A stretch of 64,000 nucleotides of DNA, from the NCBI RefSeq assembly GCF_009914755.1, contig NC_060926.1; one strand, written 5' to 3'. The position numbers and the translations under genes are program-made. Positions within the stretch are counted from its first letter, which is position 1. Each line of letters starts with the position of its first letter. Below the pieces are notes generated by a model. It did no database searches, was not told where the DNA came from, and saw only the letters and a list, made by a program, of their open reading frames with translations. Origin of the DNA: the human T2T-CHM13v2.0 reference genome, Homo sapiens. Positions 14,358 through 28,130 of the stretch are shown in pieces.

Positions 14358-15016
14358 TGTTCCTGAACCAATATGGGGGTTGGGCTGCTATTTCTCGTGG
14401 CCCAATAATGAGATGCAGATGAACTGGGGACGAAGAGAGTATTTCTGTAACCAGTTACAGGGAGAAGGCCTGGAAATTATTGCCAGACCAACTCAAAATT
14501 ACAAAGTTTTCCAGAGCTTATATACCTTCTAAGCTATATGTCTATGTGTAACTGAGTGAATTAATCTAAAGACATAAGTGATTAACTTCTTTTAATCTAT
14601 AACTAAGGTCTGAGTCCTGAAGACCTTCTAGAGCCTCAGTAAGTTTACTTAATCTAAATGGGTCTAGGTGCTGGGGTGATTACCCTTATCTTGTCTCCTG
14701 CTAAATCATGGAGGTTTGGGGAGTTCCTTTAGATCTCAATAAACTTGTTTGTGGAGGCCCGAGGAGTTTCTTCAGACCCCCCAATAAAACTTGTTTAATC
14801 CTAAAAGGGTCCTGTTAAGAATTCCTTCATTATCTTGTCAAACTTCAAGGCCCATGAAAAGCCTAGGCAAAACTCTTGGTGGGCTCTTTGTTACATTCCA
14901 GCCTTTGTATAAGGGCACTGGCTCAATCAGCTTTTAATGTTTAACCTAGCTACTCAGTCAGAGCTGGGACAGTTGTTGTAATGCAGGCCTGCATTAGTGA
15001 GACCTGGCCTGCCACA
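14358..15016 (-). mobile_element. ERV1 MER4-group LTR (MER51-like), in 3' LTR position
   Basis: TG..CA termini; the minus strand begins tgtggcaggccaggtctcactaatgcaggcc, preceded by a PPT-like purine run; subfamily tentative. Confidence 0.75.
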
Positions 15017-17460
15017 ATCACCACTGTCAATTTGTGCATGATTTCTATCATGCTTGTATATTTATTTATCACAAGATCATAGGGATATGGGGCATCATAA
15101 TCTTTCTGGCTACTTCCTGCTGAGAGAGGGTCATCATTATGGGGACTGAATGCAGTGCTGGAGTGGAGGTGGTTGATTTGTTCCCTCTATTGGCTCTATT
15201 TCGGGGGCCTAGAATAGTATGCAACAGCAACACATATAAAGAGGTTGCTGCTGTTTTCTTCTAAAGTTTAAGTTGTCTAGTCTTCAGTTTGCAGGGCTTT
15301 ACGAAAGCACAGCTCAGGTTTCAGTGATTTCCAATTAGGAAGAATGGGGGAAAAGGAAAAGAAAAAGGGAAAAATTGAAAACATTATTTTGGAGACCTGT
15401 AGCCAAAAAATTAGAATTTAATCCAAACTGTAGAAAACAATAAAAACTGAAAAAATCAGGCAAGACTAGAATTTAACAGGTATACTATAGTTTTGAAACA
15501 TAATTTTTCTCTCTTCATGGTAGGACTGGTATGCTTTATTATATTTGGCCAGATTATTTGTATAAAGTGCAGCAAGAATAATTATTTTCACATAGGTCTT
15601 TTATATTGGCTTTGATGGAACTTTGTTCCATAGAAGGAATCTAAGATGAGACCTTTTTAAAGCCAAGCCCAGCCATGGATTTGTACCATCAAATACCTAT
15701 GAATTGGGTGAATTCCTCTCCTCTTGAGGTTCCAAGATAACTTGGGGTTCCTGGCCTCTTGGAAAGTGACATTGTTTGCTTACCACAGATCAGAAACCCT
15801 GTACAGGGACTGTGTATGCAAAATATGAGGCCAGTTTTCCAAGGGCTTTATTGGCTCCATAAGTCAAGTTTGATTCCTTAAAGGAGAGCATACCATTCCA
15901 GTCAAAGCCCTTGGTAAAATAACCAGTTTTTCCAACTGTGTCCTCTTACGAAAGAAAACAGATTCTTGTTGCACTTATGCAAATAACTATATTGCCATAA
16001 ATTAAGAATACTCGCAAATAGTTTCCAAATTTTGGAATCAGGTAGAGAGAAACAAATATGCTCCAAATTTTGTTCATAGGAGTATACTTTACTTAATTGT
16101 TAAAAGCTGTCAATAGCTCAAAAGTCTCCTTGACTCTGAAAAGCAAAACAAAGGATTAGCAACATTTTAAGCAAAAAGTCAAAAAGATCACTTCAGTCTC
16201 CTATTAGTTCAGTTCATGCAGTTAATTCCTGTCCTGCTTGATACTAATGAATATTTTAACTCTTCAAGAGTCCTGAACGTTTTTCCTCTATTCTGATGTC
16301 ACATCTCCAAAGTTATCAGAAACCTGCATTCAAGAGCACCTGTTAGAGCTTTATAGCTGATTATAAAATCACCTTCTAAAGAGGACCAAAACAAGACAAC
16401 AATTGATTATGGATGACAAAAAGTTTTAGGGTAGCCATAGTTAAACACACAATTGACAAGGATATCTGTTACCTCTGTGGCACACAATAATTTAACACAA
16501 CAATTATAATTATTACTCATAACATACACTAAGATGTATCAGAATTATAGGAGTCTCCCATAACTTTGGAACACATACAAATAACATACTTATACAAATA
16601 TAGCCCAAAGAAAGCCAAACACCATTTCATATTTGACAATGCTTTCTGTATAATATTTATACCAAATAAACCAAATTTCACCTTTACGTTAGTGTGCTAT
16701 TAATGTTAAACCCAATTCTTAACAAATCCTTATAGACAGATTTACCCAATTTTAATGTTTGACCATAAGGTAAGATTTTGTATAGACCTTTTATAACCCT
16801 TTACAATTTTTGTTAAAGAGCAGGTTAGTGCTTTAAGAGAAACCCACTGTGCTTTTATTTTAATGTTCAATTTACAGAAAAACTGGATGATACCCCTTTA
16901 ACTTTGGCCAATATGTTTACACACAAAATTTCCTTTATAATCAACCTTCCACAACTTGTTTAAATCTTCCTCTTTATTTTATCCAACTTAAAACAGTCCT
17001 TTAACCTTTTAATCTAGGCAAAAATCCACATTCTCATGACTCCTTATAATCTTTTTACTAGAAGTATATTTTGCTTTTCTTACACACCTTGCATGTAAAC
17101 TGTTTCTTCAATAGTTTTAAATATATGTTACACTGTTAACTTTTAGCAACCTTTACTTTTGGTGAAAACCTTGGTAAGTTTGGGATTTTAATTATGTACT
17201 AGGTGTGGAGCCTTGGACCTAGGCAGAAATGCAGATAAGGTCCGACTTATTCCAGTTTCAAACTCCATGTGTCCCAGGCCTTACCTAGCTGTACACCAGG
17301 CAAGTTGTACAGCTAAGAGTCTTAGTGGCATTTTTATAAAACATTCAGGAGGCCTAATCACCTTCAAACTGTACATTTCTTTCCTTTCATAAATTCCCTT
17401 TCATAAATTCTTTCATGACTACACAGACAAGCTATGACATGCCTTGACTTGACTTTCTGA

Positions 17461-17778
<318 letters not shown>

Positions 17779-18920
17779 ACATCCCTCTTTTTAAACAACC
17801 AGTTATTTTACTTTAGGACAAGAATTTACCACACAAGATCCTTCATTATATAAAATATCTTTTCTTTAATACCTTTTTGCATAGCTAGGGGCATGGCTAA
17901 TTTCATGTGTCCTGAGGGCTTATCTAGAATTTAACACTCCAAAATAAATTGAACAATTTTTTAAGTCAAAAAAAGTTTATGACCTAAAGCATTTAGCAAA
18001 CTTAATATTTGACCTGCATAATTTAGACCAAATGTTTACATTTTTGAAGATATTTTTATTTTACCAATAGACTTTAAAACTCTCTTTATTTTTACAACTT
18101 ACTTTATATCTCTCTTATTTCCTGGTTCCTTTTACCTTGTTTTATATATAAAAAACCTTTAAATAAGCTTTGAATTAGACAAAAATTATTTACCCTTTAA
18201 AAAGGACACAATTTTTAGAATGAATGTTTTCCTACAATATATTTTAATTGGAAAATACCTAAATAATGAAATATCTGTTGTTTAATTTAATATAACTTTG
18301 GATTCTGCAAATATTTGTCCCATTACATTTATCTAATTATTTATTTTAATCATTTACCTATGTTATTTATGAAAACTGTGATAGTCATCATTAAAAGTTA
18401 TGAAATCACCAATGCAAAATTATAACTGAGAGAGTGAAAATGATTTGACCTAACTGACTCCATCTTACTTCTTACCTTAAAGCTATTCTTATTCATTAAC
18501 TAAGGTCATAGTTTAGTTTTGAAACAGAGATGATAACAGTCCTTTCCCAGGATGAACTTTCTTTATGTCTGTGGAATAGACTGCCTAAGGCCACAAGATT
18601 AGGGTATTTTACTAAATAATTCAAGATGTAGCTATCTTCATTAAACCAATATTAATGTTTTATTAAAAACATTATATTTATTAAAAACAAGCTATAAATA
18701 AAATAATGTTTTATTTATTTAAAAAACATTTTATTTATTAAAAACCAGCAAAGATCATTCTGTTTTGGGCTGAGTTATAGTTTTGTAGCCTCTACGCCAA
18801 ATTTTGACAACTTATAGTATTTGACAGAGCTAAGTACAAAGTTGCTTGATCAATAAATGCAAACAAAAATGTATGCTGGCAACTCTTAAGACATTTCTAA
18901 TATTACTTCACCAATAATTT

Positions 18921-19214
18921 ATTTTTTTTTGAGATGGAGTCTCACTCTGTCACCCAGGCTGGAGTGCAAGTGGCAAGATCTTGGCTCACTGCAACCTCCG
19001 CCTCCTGGGTTCAAGCAATTCTCCTACTCAGCCTCCCAAGTAGCTGGGATTACAGGTGCCCACCACCATGCCCGGCTAATTTTTAAAATATTTTAGTAGA
19101 GACAGGATTTCACCAAGTTGGCCAGGCTGCTCTTGAACTCCTGACTTCAGGTGATCTGCCCGCCTCGGCCTCCTAAAGTGCTGGGATTACAGACGTGAGC
19201 CACCGTGCCCAGCC
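18921..19214 (-). mobile_element. Alu (AluSx-like)
   Basis: Antisense dimer; 19-bp TSD attacttcaccaataattt. Confidence 0.95.
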
Positions 19215-20289
19215 ATTACTTCACCAATAATTTTTAAAGCTAGCTTATTCATTAAAGATTTTACTTAAGTCATATAAACTTGAGAAAGCATTTGACTAGT
19301 CTTTCCTTTTTCTGTTGAAGTATTTAAGCACTTTTATTTTTCTTTGAGCCAATTAATTAGAACTCTTTTATATATTTTCAGTAGTGAAACATGGTGTACA
19401 CAAGACATAAATACATAGACATATTAGGCATGCCAATAGAAGTACATTTTATAGATTCATAAGACCTCCTTTTCCCTATCTTTTAACTGGATCTTTGAGC
19501 TCTGGGCAGAGCCAACACTGAATCCTGGGTTTGCAAAAAGGGAGAATTATTATGGGGCTAGACCATGTGGTGCTTTTACAGTGCACTTAAAAAAACCTTT
19601 TTTTCCAAACAAAGTCATTTCTAAGTGTCTAAATTACACTTTTTCTTAAAAACCCCAGAGTAGCTTCTGTTGTAATAGCTATTAATGAAGAAAACACAAT
19701 TCAGTCAACTGAAAAGAAAAATAAAAACTTTTGCTCAAAACGACAAGATCCTAGGAGAGAAATAAAAACAAAAACAAAAACAAAAACATGAAGGCCTTTT
19801 AAATACAAACATGCACACATACACACATACATAAAGATATCTTGGATGTTAGCTTTTAGTTAAGCTGACTCTCAATCATTGAGCTTCTAAAAAATATTTT
19901 TCCTTCCCAGAGGCCTCTCAACAGGAATGGACCCAATACCTCCCATTTTCAAGTTTACGTGATATGAAAGGGAATAAGACAGATACACAAATAAGTGGAG
20001 GCAAATTTTGAACAACACAAGGGGGAGTGCATTTAGGCAAAACAGAGTCAAAATCAACTCAAAACATGATCTTAACCAAAATGCAAAGCAGGTGTATGAG
20101 CAAGCCCTATGGCTTCCCTTAGCAGTACCAGACAAATGGCTTAACAAGGCCAGATAGGAAAACAATAGGCTCCCAGCATACAACCCAGTTAACTCACCCT
20201 TTGAGTGAGTCTGCTCCTGATCTCCTGGCATCTGGAGGGAATGGGGTTTAAGCCGTGAAGGAGATCTGGGTGACATATAACATCATCCA

Positions 20290-21183
20290 TTACAGTTCCA
20301 AAGAGGTATCTTGAACAATAGGAAAGCAAACTGTTTTCTCCTACTATGCTCTCAACACACAGGACATTTTCAGTCACCAAAATGTGTGTGGGGTTTTCTC
20401 CACATTGACCAATTGTCTGACACCAATTAGGTGTCCTACAATTTAACTCAATTCTGACATTAACTGGAGTTAGTTTGGGTCCTACAGGTTAAGGGCTCAG
20501 TCCCACAAGACTTCCCCCAAATTCAGATGCCAATCACAAGCTCCGGGTTGGCACCTGTGCTCCTGACCGAGAAGCTACAGATCAGAGGTTCACACGACTC
20601 CTTCCTCAGGTTTGATCATTTGCTAGAGTGGCTCACATAATTCAGGGAAAAATTGACTTATGTTTACCAGTTTACCAGGGAGATATTTACTTGCATTTAC
20701 TGGTCTATTATAAAGGATATTTCAAAGGATACAGATGAACAGCCAGATGGAAGAGATGCCCAGGGCAGGGCACATGTGAAGGGCACGGAGCTTCCACACC
20801 TTCTCTGGTGTGCCGGCCTCCCTGCACCTCCACATATTCAGCAACCTGGAAATCTTCCAAACCTATCCTTGGAGGTTTTATGGTGGCTTCACTACACAGG
20901 CATGATTGATAAATCACTGGCCATCAGTGACTGAGTCAACCTTCAGCCCCTATCCTCTCCCCTCCCGAGAGATGAGGGGATGAGGTTGAAATTTCCAAAC
21001 CTGTAATCACTAGGTTGGTTCCTGTGGCAACCAGCTAGCATCCCAAAGCTTTCCAGGACCCCCTAGTGATCTCATTAGCACACAAAAAGACACCTGTCAC
21101 TTAGGAGAGTCCAAGCATTTTAGGAGCCTCGAGCCAGGAAATAGGAGGAGAGACCAAATATATCTATTTCTTATTATGGCACA
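20290..21183 (-). mobile_element. MER21-type LTR
   Basis: gtgtcctacaatttaactcaattctgaca..ttaagggctcagtcccacaagac..ggatacagatgaacagccagatggaagagatgc..atttcttattatggcaca. Confidence 0.82.
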
Positions 21184-22151
21184 TCTCCTCTTGCTTGCTT
21201 TGGTCTCCTGGTGCTGGGCTGTCACTGCCACTTTAATATAATTTAGAGCAGAATCTAAGGTCTCCAGGAAGCTCCAGCCTATTCTCACCAGGCCCATTCC
21301 CTCCTTCCCTCCTCATTTTCCTTTCTGCCTCCCTAGCTGCTCTCTTCCTCACCTACAACTTTGTCATGTAACTGTTGCCCTTCTGTTAAAAGTCTGCAGT
21401 TTAATTTCAGGCCCGAGTTCCTGCCACTTCAAGACTTCACCACCTGAGACAATGAGCAGCAGCAAAGGGAGAAAGCAGCTGCTCAAATTCTCCAGTATGT
21501 GTGGATGGAGTGAGGAGGGATGCTGGGATAAAATACTTAGAGAAAAACCCCAGCCCAGGGGCATGGGCCCAAATACTGAGGGGCAAAACCTGAACCAGAA
21601 GCACCTATATGATGAGAAAGTGAAGAAAAAAAAGGATGACAGTAAAATGGTACTGGAATTAGGGACATCATAAAAATTGACCTCGGTTTTAGATGTTGAA
21701 GAAATGACAAAATGAATAGAAAAATTAGTAGAGTTAATATTTATGTCTAATTATTATGCAGTATATTTCTATATATAATGTGTTAATAAAACTTAAATGT
21801 ATTAAAACTAAATTTTTCTCAAGTTGTATTTGATTAGAACAGTAAACTCTGACATAACAAATAATAAGCTTTATAAACAGTGGCTTACACAGCATGGAGA
21901 TGTGCTCACACTCCAAAACATCAGAGGGCATGCTCACTACAATGTATCCTCTTTTGAATAGAAGGAAACTATACCTTTGGATCCCTCTCTTCCCTTGGGG
22001 CTCACAGATACAGGACTCATGCTGAGTTCCTAACCTAAACTCTAAGACTTGTTTCTCATAAAAATTTCTCTTTAATAGACTTCTTGCTATACTGTAGTAA
22101 TGTTTTATAACATTTTTTCCTATTTTTTTTTCCCGAAAAAAAGAATATTTA

Positions 22152-22463
22152 GGCCAGGTGTTGTGGCTGATGTCTATAATCCCAGTACTTTGCGATGCCG
22201 AGGTAGGAGGATCACTTGAGCCCAGGAGTTTGAGACTGGCCTGGGTAACAGAGCAACATAACATCTCTACTAAAATTAAAAAGAAAAATAAAAGGAAAAA
22301 AAAGGCAGGTGTGGTGGCTCGTACCTGTAGTCCCAGCTACTTGGCGGGACTGACGGGGTTGGATCGCCTGAGCCTGGGAGGTTGAGGTTGGAGTGAGCCC
22401 CGATCGCGCCACCGCACTCCAGCCTCAGCAACAGAGCAGGACTCTGTCTCAAAAAAAAAAAAA
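22152..22463 (+). mobile_element. Alu (AluJ-like)
   Basis: Dimer; TSD aaaagaatattt. Confidence 0.92.
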
Positions 22464-23906
22464 GAATATTTGAAATATTGAATTTTTAATTTTCCTAAAA
22501 AATACTTACATCATTGAATTTATGAAAATTTCTATTCCTACCCCATAGATAACTTACTACACTTCAGTTTTCATTAAAGTCCACTACCCAAGAGTCTTCC
22601 CAAAGCTTTTGTGTCATCTGAAGTCAAGGTCTATTTGAAGGCTGAGTGATTTTTTTTCTGAGAAGTATTCTTGAAAAGGTCTTATCTATTTGGAAATGCT
22701 TTAGGACAATCAAAATGGAGGAACAAAAGTTGGATTTTATATTCTTCCTTTCCCTTTCTAGTCTCCTCATTAAAGAATACCAGGATTTCTCCCACCCCTA
22801 CCCTTCCACCTCCCACATTATCCTGCCCAAAATTAAATTACTCCTTTCAGAGAAACTAGGAATATCCAATGGAATGAAAAAGATTTTGCCTGCAGAGAGT
22901 TTCCATTTGACCCCTATTTAATTTGAGTGTCATTTTCATTTCTTGCTCCAACCCTATTTATACTGTCTAAATCCTCAGACGTTTCTCTGGGGAAATTTAC
23001 TCAGAATAAACCCACAAATTTTCTAGAAAATAACTTAACAAGATTATATATTTTAAAAACAAGTTTTGATATTCCCTTTGGGCTAAAGCCTCATTTTTCT
23101 TAGGGTATCCATGTAGGAATTGAAATTTCTTTGGTTGCAGTAGTCATTTTTAACCTTATCACCACGATTACTGCTATTAAGTATTTAGCCTACATTTTTA
23201 TGATTCAATCTTGGAAATGGTTTTTACGGTTTCATGATCATTTCCTTAATTGTTTCCATTTTTCAGGCTTTTACTATGACATTAGCTACTGCCCATTCTT
23301 TAAACTGCCTGAAAATGAGGACTTGAATTTTATTATCAAGTAGCTAAATGGAAAATCAGTCTCCCAGGATTCTTAGAGGGGCGTAGGAGAGACCTCTGAA
23401 CGTATTCTATCTCATTACAGAGCTGGCTCAGAAGCCCAAGACCTGAGCAGGTTCTCTACTTTGCTTGCAGCTTATCAGTGTGGTAACTCATCAAGGCCTT
23501 AGCAAAATCATCCTGCCTTTTGGCTGTTTGCCTCATTGTTTGTTTAGTGTAGACCGAGTTACAAATCAAGTCTTATCTTCCTTTGTCAATCAGTTCTTCC
23601 CCTTTGCCAGGTGTTCTAAGCAGTTTCTTGCCTCTCACTGTCAGTTTCTAGCAGTTCCTGGACTCTCAAGGTCAGCATGGAGCACTACAGTATATCTCTC
23701 ACAAGGATCAATGACACTTTATGAGAAACACCTAAACTCTCCCACCAAAACTTAAAAAAGGTAGAGCACTATTGTGACTTTTCATGTATCTCAATCCCTT
23801 CTGCTTCTCCCATCCCTCCTTCCCGCTCTTCGACCAAAGATAAATTATTAGCTAGGGATAGATGATATTATCTTTGGACAAAGGAGATAATTCCCCATTA
23901 TCTACC

Positions 23907-24201
23907 TTTTTTTATTTTTAATTGAGACAAGTCTCACTCTGTTCTTCAGGCCAGAGTACAGTGGCACGATTATAGCTTACTGCAGCCTCGATCTCCTGGG
24001 CTCGAGCAATCCTTCTGCCTCAGCCCCTCAAGTAGCTAGGACTACTGGCACGTTTCACCAAGCCCAAGTAGTTTTTGATTTTTAATAGGCACAAGATCTC
24101 ACTATGTTGCCCATGCTGATCTTGAACTCCTGGACTCAAGCGATCTCCCTGCCTTGGCCTCCCAGTGCTGGGATTACAGGCATGAGCCACAGCACCCGGC
24201 C
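23907..24201 (-). mobile_element. Alu (AluJ-like)
   Basis: Antisense dimer; ctaMcttttt flanks. Confidence 0.92.
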
Positions 24202-24422
24202 TAACTTTTTACGTACTCTGTGATTGCATTATTGTGTCATCTGAAATGAAAGAAGATTATTTGCTCTTTTAAAATTGTTTTTTTAAACTTGTAATTCTTG
24301 CCCAAAATGCTGAAGTTGGTGAAATGGAAATAAGCAGAGAATAATCTCTCTTCTATCAGAGAGAGCAAAGCTACTTCTCAACTCATACAGCAGAATTGGA
24401 CTTGCTATTAAGACTCATAGTA

Positions 24423-24850
24423 GGACAGATGTGGTGGCTCACACCTATAATCCCAGTACTCGGGAGGCCAAGGTGGAAGGATTGCTTGAGCCCAGGAATT
24501 TGAGACCAGCCTGGACAACATAGTGAGATTTCGTGTCTACTAAAAATAAACAATTAGCTGGGCGTGGTGGTGCATGCCTGTAGTCCCAGCTGCTTGGGGG
24601 CTGAGGCAGAAGGATCACTGGAGACCAGCCTGGGCAACATATGGAGACACCTGTCTCCACAAAAAAAAAAAAAAATTAGCCAGATGTGGTGGTGTGAGCC
24701 TATAGTCCCAGCTACCTGGGAGGCTGAGGTGGGAGCATCCCTTGAGTCCAGGAGTTTGAGGTTGCAGTGGGTTATGATTGCATCAGTGTGCCCCAGCCTG
24801 GGTGACAGAGTAAGACCCTGTCTCAAAAAATAAAAAAATTAAAAAAAAAA
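24423..24850 (+). mobile_element. Three-monomer Alu (AluJ-like)
   Basis: Left arm, extra hybrid monomer, right arm; one TSD (aagactcatag) flanks the whole unit. Confidence 0.85.
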
Positions 24851-26442
24851 GACTCATAGCAACCCATTTGTTACTTGGCTCTGAAATCATGAGATGAAGT
24901 TAAAAGATTTTTTTTAAATGTTATGCTTTGCTCTTCCAGTTGTGATTGTTATATACAAATAATGCAAAGCTGAGCAGAGTCAAACCTGGGGTATGTGCAT
25001 GGTCAGTTCCAAAAATCAGGATACATGATTTTTCATTCTGCTATCTAAGGGACAGGCTCATGGGGCAGCCAGGGGCAGAACTTATTGGCCCCTAGACATT
25101 ATATAGTACTAAAGGCAAAGTGCCAAAAGTTGAGAGTGGGAGATGAATATAGGCCACTGAGAAAAATGGCAAGCTATGAAGTAACAGAAAGTTGGAGAAT
25201 GGTCTCCAAAGCCATTCAATGAATCCTGCCATACTGTGTTTTCCTTGGCTCAGACTGTTTTTACCTCGGTGGCCAGCCCTGCATTGGCTCTTGGGTCTCA
25301 GCTTCTTAAAGGTACCACTTAGCACCTGGTGGTTCTTATTCTGTAAATCGATGCTGTATCATCATTGTCATCAAATCAGCAATTCTTTTCCAGGATGCAG
25401 ACCATGTCCTAATTTGCTTAATTTTCCCTGGGGAACTAAGCTCTCAGTTGGATGTGATAATGTCTTCTCTTCTTAGAAGTTTGTCGAGACAGTTTTCTAG
25501 AGTTGACACCTTTACTGACTTCCTGCTGTCTATTTTATATAACAGGCATGGCATATGCACTATCAAAATTCATGCACAAACATATTGCATACTACAAGCA
25601 TAAGGATAGAATGGAAATAAGCTATTATATTTACCTACCCCAATCAGTTGTTTGCTCTCATGTGGTGGGAGATATGGAAGAATGCTCAGGGGAAAGGAAA
25701 AGAGAGAGAAAAGTTTCTTCTGCAACATCCAGCCTTTTCCAGGAAAAGCAAAAAACAAAAACAAAACAAAACAAAACAAACAAAAAAACAGAGAATCCGT
25801 CTCTAGTGGGCATTGTTTCCATACCTTATTACAAATAATGAAAAGGACATAAAATCCCAAATGAACTTTCAGATCTCATTTGTTTTAACAATTCAGCCCT
25901 GACCATGAATGGCATTTAAAGAGAGTTATAGAAGGGAATTTAATGAACTGATTAAGGTCATCTACAGAAACCTCACAACTAGCATCATACACAATAGTGA
26001 AAGACTAGATGATTTTCCTTGTCCAGAAAAAGACAAGAAGGCCCACTCTTGTTACTTTTATTCAACACTGTACAAGAAGCTCTAGACAAGGCAATTAGAC
26101 AAGAAAAAGAAATAAAAAGCATCCATATTGGAGAGTAAAAAATGAAACCATCTTTATTTACAGATGGCATAATATTGTATACAGAAAATCCTAAGGAATC
26201 TATTAAAAAACTATTGGAAGTATTAAATTCAGAAAGGTTGCAAGATACAAGATCAAAATGCAAGTATCAATATACTTCTATATGCTAGCAATGAACAATA
26301 TGAAAATGAAATTTCAAAAATTCATTCATAGTAGCACTAAAAAGGATAAAATAATAAATTTAACAAAATGAGTAAAAGATCTAAAAGATCTACACCAACA
26401 AATACAAAATACCATTGAAAGAAATTAAAGAAGATCTACATA

Positions 26443-26801
26443 TAGTCATAAGTTGTTTAATGATGGGATTATATTCTGAGAAATGTGTTGTTAGATGTAG
26501 GTGATTTTGTTGTCATGCGAACATCACAGAGTGTACTTATACAAACCTAGATTGTATATAGCCTACTATACACTCTGCAGATATATGGCATAGCCTATTG
26601 CTCCTAGGCTACAAACTTGTACAGCATGTTACTGCATTGAATACTGTAGGCAACCATAGCATAATGGTAAACATTTGTGTGTCTCAACATATTAAAACAT
26701 AGAAAAGGTAGAGTAAAAATATGGTATTATAATCTTATGGGATCACCATTATATATGTGGTCTGTCATTGACCAAAATGCCATTATAGTGGCACATGACT
26801 G
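26443..26801 (-). mobile_element. Tigger3a (MER7A-type) non-autonomous element inserted in L1
   Basis: TA-flanked tagtcat...catgactg termini; tagcctattgctcctaggctacaaac core. Confidence 0.88.
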
Positions 26802-27151
26802 TAAATGGAAGACATCCTATGTTCATGGGTTGGAAGACTTAATATTGTTAAGATTATAGTACTCCCCAAATTGACCTATATATTCAATGCAATACATATA
26901 AAAAATTCCATCTGTCTTTGGGTTTTTTTTTTTGCAGTAATTGGCTCATATGTCCCTATTTCAAAATTTACTACAAAGCTACAATAATCAAGACAGTGCA
27001 GTAGTGGCATAAGTATAGACATAAATATCAATGGAATAGAATTGAGAGTCTGGAAAGAAACCTTCACATGATGGTCAATTAATTTTCTACAAGGGAACCT
27101 GTCAAGACAATTCAAGGAGAAAGACTATTCTTTTTAATAAATACTTCTGAG

Positions 27152-27436
27152 GGCTGGGCATGGTGGCTCATGCCTGTAATCCCAGCACTTTGGGAGGCTG
27201 AGGCTGGTGACTCACCCGAGGTCAGGGGTTCAAGACCACCCTGGCCAACATGGTGAAACCCCGTCTCTACTAAAAATAAAAATTAGCTGGGCAGGGTGGC
27301 ATTCACCTGTAGTCCCAGTTACTTGGGAGGCTGAGGCAGGAGAATCACTTGAGCCTGGGAGGTGGATGTTGTAGTGAGCATGCCACTGCACTCCAGCCTG
27401 GGGAGTGAGACTCTGTCTCAAAAATAAATAAATAAA
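27152..27436 (+). mobile_element. Alu (AluS-like)
   Basis: Dimer with (aaat)n tail. Confidence 0.92.
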
Positions 27437-27445
27437 GTGCTGAGA

Positions 27446-27760
27446 AGCTGGGTGTGGTGGCCCATACCTGTAATCTCAGCTACTCAGAAGGCTGATGTTG
27501 GGGGATCACTTGAAGCCAGGAATTCAAGACCAGCTGGGCAACATAGCAAGATCCTGTCTCCAAGAAAATAAAAATTTAAAAAATTAACTGGGTGTGGTGG
27601 TGTGAGCTTATAGTCTCAGCTACTCAGGAGGCTGAGGTGGGAGGATCTCCTGAGCCCAGGAGGCCGAGGTTACAGTGAGCTATAGTCATGCCACAGCACT
27701 CCAGCCTGGGTGACAGACAAAAACCAAGGCTAGAGTGCAGTCTCTTAAAAAAAAAAAAAA
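27446..27760 (+). mobile_element. Alu (AluJ-like) with a short inverted segment near the 3' end
   Basis: Dimer directly after the previous Alu, at the same L1 site. Confidence 0.9.
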
Positions 27761-28130
27761 TTAAAGGCTAAGACATCTAGATATTTGCATGCAAAAGAAA
27801 GAAGTTGGATTCTGACCTTTCATCTTATAGAATAATTAGCTCAAAATAAATCAAAGGCCTAAATGTAAGGGTAAAAATTATAAAACTCTTGGAAGAAAAC
27901 ATTAGAGTAAACCTTTGTGACTTGGGATTGGGCAGTGGTTTCTTAGATATGACACCAAAGCACGACAACAAAAATCGGACATCATCACCATAAAAAACTT
28001 TTGTGCTTCAATAAAGGGAAAGACACACCACGGACCCTTATCTAATAAGGAATTTGTATCAGAATATATAAAGAATTCTTAAAAGTCAAAATAAGATCAA
28101 AAATTAAAAAACAATTTAAATGGCCAAAGA

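Larger units (their letters stand above)
25940..28130 (+). mobile_element. Old L1M (L1MB-like) ORF2 remnant, 5' part, with nested Tigger3 and two Alus
   Basis: Degenerate ORF2 motifs (gcaattagacaagaaaaagaaataaaaagcatcca, gttcatgggttggaagacttaatattgttaag). Confidence 0.85.

Noticed and set aside
18640-18745. AT-rich short direct and inverted repeats (aatgtttt / aaaacatt)
   Set aside because: Low-complexity slippage inside an ERV internal region; stems are too short to be meaningful.
21734-22264. 176-aa minus-strand ORF
   Set aside because: Starts in an Alu at a non-ATG codon, and the rest has no recognisable protein features.
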